Source: Diplonema japonicum
Lineage: Eukaryota > Protista > Euglenozoa: Diplonemea
Direction of reading: 5' to 3'
DNA length: 64,000 nucleotides
Assembly (NCBI GenBank): GCA_964019335.1
Contig: OZ025722.1
Coordinates: 124,001-188,000, forward strand
Shown: positions 57,099 through 64,000 of the stretch, one piece after another
How positions within the stretch are numbered: position 1 is the first letter of the stretch
Layout: each line of letters starts with the position of its first letter
The notes under the pieces: generated by a model
Seen by the model: only the letters and a program-made list of their open reading frames with translations
Told to the model about the DNA's origin: nothing
Database searches by the model: none
Program-made: the position numbers and the translations under genes

Positions 57099-58491
57099 AT
57101 GCACCCCGCAACACGAAAAATAGTACTCGGAAGGCAGACGCGAGGGTTGTTTCGAGCCACAAAATGGCTTGGAGAGCAGGACCACTACAATGTGCTGAAC
57201 ATCCCAAGGAACGCAACAGAACAGCAAATCAAAAAAGCATACCGCGCAATGGCTAAAAAATACCATCCAGACGCAGGACCCAAAGGCGACTCAGCAATGT
57301 TCGGCAAGGTAACCGACGCTTATAAAACCCTCTCTGACACTCAAAAACGACAAGCTTTCGATATGAAAAACAACGGCGGAGGATACGCGGGCGCAGCAGG
57401 CGCAGGCGCAGGTTCAAATTTCAACGCACAGCACCAAGGCTTCCCCGGCTGGGAAAACATGGAGTTCGCCCACACAAATTCCGGGTCCCAACACTCTGCA
57501 AAAATGGGCCAGGACCTAGGCAACATGTGGGACGAACTCTTCGGTAACGAGAACCGAGGCACGAAAGCACGGATGGAAAAATACCAACCCGAGCGAGGCG
57601 CTGACGTCACCGTGAAGCTCGCCTTGAACTTCGACGAAGCCGTCGACGGTGTTACAAAAGAAGTTTCATATTTCTACCAACGAAAATGCGTTCCATGTAG
57701 AGGAACAGGTAGCAAAGACGGTGCACCCATCACAAAATGCACCGTGTGCCACGGACGTGGGAAACAAACAAAATCGAACGGATATTACCATGTGGAGCAG
57801 TCGTGCACTGCATGCGGCGGGTCCGGCAAGATCCTCCGAGAACTCTGCGCATCATGTGCTGGTAAAGGAACCACAAAGGACAGGACCACACAGCAAGTCA
57901 AGGTCCCTGCTGGTGTTGACACAAAGGACAGATTACGTGTAGCTGGTAAAGGTGAAGCAGGCGTACGTGGGGGCGCACCAGGAAACCTCTTTATAGACGT
58001 CATAGTCGACAATGCCACAGTCTTCACCCGAGACGGGTATGGATGTGTTCAAAAAAAAAAAAAGAAAATTATACAGGGAGGACATTCATCTCATTCAGCC
58101 CATTTCCCTCACCACCGCGATCATCGGCGGGAAAATCACCATCCCTACTGTTTCCGGCGATATCACTGTCACCGTTCCCCCTGGTACGCAGCAAGGCGAC
58201 AAGGTGCTCGTTCGAGGGAAGGGCATCAAGAAACCCCAACAAAATTCTGTTGGGCACATGTACCTCCACTACCACATCGATATTCCGAAGTATGCACGTC
58301 CTTTTTTTTAAAAAAAAACTTTTTTTTTTCCTCTTTAAAGAACGATAAATGACAAGCAACGGATAGCCTTGGAACACTTTGCTGAGGAGGAGGCCGCCGA
58401 TGCCTCCCAAGCAGGCGTCGCGAGCATGAAGAACATGATAAAGGTGAAGCATAAGTACAACAGAATGATCCAGTTTAAAGACAGCATTTGA
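57099..58491 (+). CDS. Type I DnaJ chaperone, probably mitochondrial (Mdj1/DNAJA3-like); introns 58037-58076 and 58290-58340
   Basis: Basic presequence; HPD J-domain; G/F region; four CxxCxGxG motifs; spliced C-terminal domain FTRDGEDIH...IPKTINDKQR. Confidence 0.92.
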
Positions 58492-58512
58492 AGAAGGAAA
58501 TTTAAAATTATA

Positions 58513-58555
<43 letters not shown>

Positions 58556-58735
58556 AGACCCTGATGGTTCGTTCTTTTTATTTTCGTTTTTTCTTTTTGT
58601 ATCACATCAGTCTTATTACACCCCCCCCCCCCCCCACCCCTCTTTTTGGTACCATAACAAAAACGGGAAAAAAAAATAGATATATATATATATATATCAG
58701 GAGAGAGGGGGGGGGGGAGGGAGGAAAAAGAAGAA

Positions 58736-60516
58736 ATGTCGACCCTCTTTGACATCCTTGGCCTGTCGGTGAATTGCAGCGATAGAGATGTCAAGAAAGC
58801 TTACAAGGAGCTCGCGCTGAAGTACCACCCCGACAGAAAAGGAGGCAACCAGGAGATGTTCAGAAGGGTGAACGAGGCTTACGACATCCTCATTGACGAC
58901 GAACAACGGGAGAAGTACGTTGGCCTGCTCCAGGCAGGCACCCACACGAGCGTCTTGGACCAGTTCGTGAGACAGCAGGAGGAGTTCGCAAAACAGAACA
59001 ACCTTGCCAGACCGTCGTCAAAATATGAGCGAACATGCAGAAACTGGAGCAAAGGAAAATGCAACAATTCCCACTGCATGTACAGGCACTACAGAACCGC
59101 CGATTCCGACAAAACAAAACACAACAAAGTCTGCCATGACTATTCAAAAGGATACTGTCGATTCGGGACAGAATGCCAGTTCAAGCACCCTGGCAACCTC
59201 AATAAGGATGACCAGTCGAATTGGGACCAAACTTGGACATGCAACGACATCTGGCGGTCGTGCCGAACTGAAAATAGTGTTCTTGACCACCCCAGAATCT
59301 GCAAAGAATGCGGTGCGAAACGAAAGCTCTACAGGTGCAAGTACCCCCCCGGCACCACAGTCCAACTCGTGGGCACAATGGCGCAGATCATAGAAGGCGT
59401 CATCAAGAGAATGCTGTTCTTTTTTCGAGACGGGGTGTACAAGAAGCAAATGAACAAACTTATTACAAAAATGCAGCAACAGCCTCTTCACGGGCAAATG
59501 GTCCCCACTGTTCAAAAATTCTACCCGTCGGCAGGGTGCTACCATTGTGTATTCCAAGATGGAACGTTTTTAATTGCACATGAAAAAAACCTGGAAAGAG
59601 GCGCGGAAAAGTGGACATGCACGCAGTGCAAATATCTGAACCAACAGGGGTGGATACGCTGCGCGCTTTGCGACAATAAAAACCCAAACCCGATACAGGA
59701 TTGGTCGCCCTTCCTCGGGACCTGGAAGAGCGGCTCGGGGAACTATTACGTGAAGGTGGAGGAGCACAACATTCAAAGTTCGGACCCGACGCATTATTAC
59801 ACCAATTTGAAACTTTTCGACGGTATCCTAAGCTACAACATCACGCTGATAGAGGACGGGGAGGACGAGCTTAACGATTCTTCGGAAGAGGAAGACGCTC
59901 ACGAGGCTGCTCCTGAGCAGCTTGGAACCGTGACCCTCCGTGTCGACGCGAAACGTCTGCGTGGGGAGCTCATTCTGCGCGACGGGTCTTCGCAAAAAAC
60001 CACGTTCTCAAAGCTGGACTCCGCTACGCTGCTGGACGATAATGAGTCAGATTTTTCGTCTTCCTTCGACTCGCGTGAGTCAACGCCTGCTAGGGAAGAA
60101 CGATTGACGGTATTTTTTTTTTTTTCTTTTCTTTTTTTTTTTTTTTTTTTTGAAAATTTGCAAAACACAGTTGAAACGAGAGGACCCGCAGAAATACCTC
60201 CGCAAGAAGGAGGCCAAAAAAGAACAGGAGCAAAAGGAAAAGGAAAAGGAAAAAGAAAGGAAGCGGCCGGCAAACAGACGCAGGACCCCATCTAGGTATT
60301 TTGAAACAAAAAAAAAATTCCATTTTTAATTCCCACAGCGATACCGATCACAGAGACAGACGCTCCCGTAGATCTGACAGGGAGAGACGCCCGAGGCGGA
60401 GGTCACCGTCCTACGAAAGGCGTGAACGGAGAGACCGTAGAAGTGAAAGAGAAAGATATTCCAGCAGGAGAAGAAAACGAAGCGATTCAAGGGATCGCGG
60501 CAGAAGACGGAGATGA
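58736..60516 (+). CDS. J-domain protein with two CCCH fingers, RanBP2-type fingers and RS tail; introns 60110-60170 and 60296-60338
   Basis: KYHPDRKGG; CRNWSKGKCNNSHCMYRH; CHDYSKGYCRFGTECQFKH; WTCTQCKYLN...RCALCD; spliced RS-rich end. Confidence 0.82.
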
Positions 60517-60708
60517 GGGGGAAAAAAAAAAGACGAAAGGAAACAAAACAAAAAAAAAAAAGTGTCGGGATAATCCTCCGGGTGGTTTTTTTTTTACGGT
60601 TAAAACCCTCTTTTCTCCCCCACACCCCACCCCCCTTTCCAGTTTCAAAAAAAAAAAAAAAGGCGGGGTGGGGAAGGGGACAACAAAAAAAAAAAAGAAA
60701 AAAAAAGA

Positions 60709-62592
60709 ATGGAAAACCCACCGCCGCCACCACCACCACCACCGCCGCTTCCGGTGAAGGAAGTCCGGTTTAACACAGCAGAAGAGGAACTGGCAAAGGC
60801 GAAGGAAAAGGTGGAAGAGCTCGAAAGGGCGATGAGGGAACAAGCCGAGGCGGCGAAACAGCAAGCGGAAGAGAAGAAAGAATCCACCACTACCACCACC
60901 ACCACCACCACTGACGTGTTTCAAATGGAAGAGGATCTGTCCGGAAGCGAGGACCTCTCCATTTCATCATGCGACACCTCCCTCGGGGTAGAGAGAAGAA
61001 GACGGAAATCAACGGTAACAGGTGTTGAATACAGCGACAGCAACGACGATTCAGATTCTTCCGCGCCTGCCGCACGACCAGCACCCACAGTACGAGCAAA
61101 ATCGAAATCAAAAGGACGCAGCAAATCACGATCGACAACATCTTCAAAAGCCGCGGATCTCGACACCCTGGTACCAGAGACAGAATTTCTCGACATCCAC
61201 CGTCTCGACATCGACAAGGTGGTGTCTCTACACCGCTACTACGACGGGTGCTCCGTCCCGCATTACCTGTCCCACGCGTTCGATGAAGGGTACTTAACAG
61301 ATGTTAAAACACACATTCCGGACGATCACAAAGAAACACTCGTACCTGTTGGTGTCATAGAGGCCGTGTTCACCAACCATTCCCGGAAGAAGGACTCCGC
61401 GGACATTTTGAAATACTGTATTTACGTCCTGAAAAAAACCGGGGAGACCATCTACGACGCAGCAACATCCCTGTTCTACGAGGACGGAACGGCCATTGGT
61501 CGAATCTCCTGTTTGTTCGGTTCGGTCGGTGAACCAAGCTATCTCGTTCAAGACCGCCTCGCCGAGGTTGAAGAGGAAGAGGAAAACGACTACACAGAAG
61601 CAACCCCCCACGCCAGCGTAGGTGATGTTCTATACACGTCTGCATTGTACGCAACAACTCTGTATGAAGAACCGGAAAGGCCCGATCAAAAGAAAGAATC
61701 TGCTACCGATGTCCTGACCCGGAAATACCACACCCCTGGATGCGATGCTAGCTTTTTAGAAGACGAGGAACTGCCTGTTGAGAAGCAAGAATTTTCAGAC
61801 GACGAAAAAGAACAGGCTGCGAAGGCTGAGAAAAAACGAAAACGGGCTGAACCACGCGACATGTCCAAGACCTCAATAGGTTTGTTGGACTGTTTGAGCG
61901 ATTCTGGGACATCTTCGGTAAACTCGGAATTCGAGTTTAACTCCGACGGGGAGATCATTCAGGTTATCAGAAAGAGCGAGGCGTGTCCGAAAACCAAGAA
62001 GCTGCGAAAGACCCGGGGTGCTCGTAGCGCCGTCCCCGCCCCCAGTGGGAAGGCCGCGCCGGGTGCCGTCCCGTTCTTCGTCCCGCAACCCCCCCCGCTT
62101 ATCAAGGGCGATCCGAAAAAAGTTTTCGTGGCAGACGTGCCATCGTCGTTGGAGTGGCATCAGTTGGCCGCTATTATGGGTGCTTCATTTGGAACTGTGG
62201 AAGAGGCGGTTATTAAGGTATGGAAAAAAAAAAAAAAAAAAAAAAAAAAAAGGTGAAAAAGAGTAAGAAAGACGGGTCGGACAAGGCTTTCGCCTTTGTC
62301 ACTTTCCAGGATGAAAGGGTGGCGAGACAGGTGTGTGTTTTTTTTTTTTTTTTTTTTTTTTTTATGAAATAATTTTCTTTTTTAAAAAAAAAAAAAAAAG
62401 GCCGTCTTTATTGGCAAGACCATATCCCCTGATGGGCGTATCATGCGCATCACGCGAAGCAGGCCTGAACGGCTGCGGCACAACAACCCGCACCATAATG
62501 TTGTGGAGGTCCCGAAAAAGCCGGAGCCGGAGCTGCCTCCCAGAGAGTCTTCGGAAGAGCCGGATGGTGATATGGAAGAGTTGGAGCTGTAA
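60709..62592 (+). CDS. NAF1: H/ACA RNP assembly factor NAF1 fused to a C-terminal RRM; introns 62218-62252 and 62331-62400
   Basis: IGRISCLFGSVGEPSYLV; GCDASFLEDEELP...EFSDDEKEQ; spliced RRM KVFVADVP...FGTV...KAFAFVTFQD. Confidence 0.82.
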
Positions 62593-62673
62593 AAAAAAAA
62601 AAAAAAGAAAAAAGGAAAAAAAAAATTGCTTACAACAACATCCTTAGGTATTAAAAAAAACCGTTATCATTTT

Positions 62674-62707
<34 letters not shown>

Positions 62708-62776
62708 CCTATTCACCCACATCAAAAAAAAAAAGAAGAAAAAAAATTTTTTTTCTTCTCAATTTTCTTGCTTTGG

Positions 62777-62809
<33 letters not shown>

Positions 62810-62831
62810 CAAAAAAAAAAAAAAAAAAAAA

Positions 62832-64000
62832 ATGCCAAACACACCGACCAACGAAAGAACCTGGACCAACCCGAAGTTCGATATCTATGCAGAAAGCACC
62901 ACCGCTGTGATCGAAGCGGGGGGGCTCTCAGTGAAGGATGCCTTTGAACTGTGCGGACGCGGGACGTGGAAGTCCTTCCAAGCATCCCTATCGGCAAAGG
63001 GCGTCCGCGAAGGCGCGCTCTTCCTAAAGGGTGAGGAAGAGGTGATGGAGGAAATCCTCGTGTTCTTCAAGGACCACAAGGTGTCAGTGAAGTACCAAGC
63101 TCTGTGCCTCGCCGCGGCGTCTAAAGCAGTGAGAGCACCATCACCCTTCCCCGATGAAGTTTCTAAAGCAGCGAGAAATCGACTAAAAATGGAAACAGAA
63201 CAGATTCAAAGCTTGCAAACACAAGCTGCTTCAATGATAAAGATGATGACGAACTCGCAGCACGAAGTTAAAAACCACGATATTGTGAAAGAATGCACCG
63301 AACAGCTCGCGCTTACAGAAGAATGTATCAAACAACTCTCAGGCAGCGAGGACCACAAAAAGGAAGCCAGCGGTAAGTTCATGAAGACAACCCGTTCTAT
63401 AGAAACCATGCTGAAGAAATCCGTCCACGATCTCACCGCTGCCTCCGAACAACTCGAAGCGTCGTTGACCCTATTCGTCCACGAGCAAAAATATCTCGCG
63501 AGGCGACTCCCGCAAAGAAGGAAAACCCTGATCTTTTTCAAAATCGCAATGGGCGCCGAGCACGATCTGAGCACCGAAGATTGGAACGCAATGTGCTTAG
63601 CACCTTCAGATTTCGACGGGCTAGGTGACGTTCAGTTCAAGGTCGGTGTTACTAAAAAATCCCCGACAATTAAAAACGCGGTGCTGCCTGCAGTGGACCT
63701 TACAGGAGCGAACCTCAAAGGGCTGACGTTTTCACATTGCGATTTGTCGAAGGTGAAGCTAGGGTTCGACCTGCAATCTATCCATTTCAAACACTGCTCG
63801 TTCGGGAAGAATTTCAGCTGTAAAGACAGAAACCTGACGAACAGCTCCTTCGAAGGCTGCAAGCTTCACCAAACCGACTTCGACGGTGCGATCCTGGCAA
63901 AAACATCCTTCATCTTCGCAAATCTCTCCGGGTCCAACTTCAAAAACGTTGTGTTCAACCAGGTTGACATGAGGTACTCTCAACTGGAAAACTGTAATTT
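62832..64000 (+). CDS. Pentapeptide-repeat protein (possible degenerate N-terminal BTB), truncated by the window end
   Basis: Frame open from the ATG after an A-run to the window end; VDLTGANLKG...SFEGCKLHQTDFDGAILAKTSFIFANLSGSNFKN. Confidence 0.8.
   Translation, partial: MPNTPTNERTWTNPKFDIYAESTTAVIEAGGLSVKDAFELCGRGTWKSFQASLSAKGVREGALFLKGEEEVMEEILVFFKDHKVSVKYQALCLAAASKAVRAPSPFPDEVSKAARNRLKMETEQIQSLQTQAASMIKMMTNSQHEVKNHDIVKECTEQLALTEECIKQLSGSEDHKKEASGKFMKTTRSIETMLKKSVHDLTAASEQLEASLTLFVHEQKYLARRLPQRRKTLIFFKIAMGAEHDLSTEDWNAMCLAPSDFDGLGDVQFKVGVTKKSPTIKNAVLPAVDLTGANLKGLTFSHCDLSKVKLGFDLQSIHFKHCSFGKNFSCKDRNLTNSSFEGCKLHQTDFDGAILAKTSFIFANLSGSNFKNVVFNQVDMRYSQLENCN

Noticed and set aside
41022-62592. 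Apparent clustering of RNA-processing genes (NVL, SR protein, RRM protein, J-CCCH, NAF1)
   Set aside because: They are interspersed with unrelated genes, and polycistronic clusters are generally not functionally grouped.
1-64000. tRNA, rRNA, SL RNA genes or an alternative genetic code
   Set aside because: No cloverleaf, rRNA or spliced-leader motif was recognised by eye. TAA, TAG and TGA all end conserved genes, and apparent breaks are explained by GT-AG introns.

Overview
Eukaryotic, euglenozoan-type genomic DNA, most likely a diplonemid or relative. This is inferred from BILBO1-family genes, about 30 host genes all on the + strand as in a polycistronic cluster, and frequent tiny GT-AG introns. 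Intergenic DNA is dominated by A/T/G/C homopolymers. Recognisable genes include a Tousled-like kinase, an SH3-fused xanthine/aldehyde oxidase, a BILBO1-like gene beside a tandem birth-and-death array of BILBO1-N-terminal-domain genes, ankyrin proteins, a YeiH-type transporter, an alpha/beta hydrolase, kinesin-3, Exo70, NVL/Rix7, GST, subtilisin, RRM proteins, two J-proteins, a NAF1-RRM fusion and a truncated pentapeptide-repeat gene. Non-genic elements are a deleted hAT transposon in a poly-G run, a long-TIR DDD (Sola-like) transposon in (AT)n, and an unclassified ~720-bp element whose terminal hairpin has ssDNA-specific features (two tandem sheared G.A pairs and a GCA triloop). A related smaller hairpin lies at 13.9 kb. 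Many cis-introns carry poly-A instead of a polypyrimidine tract. All family assignments are by motif recognition; no database searches were run.
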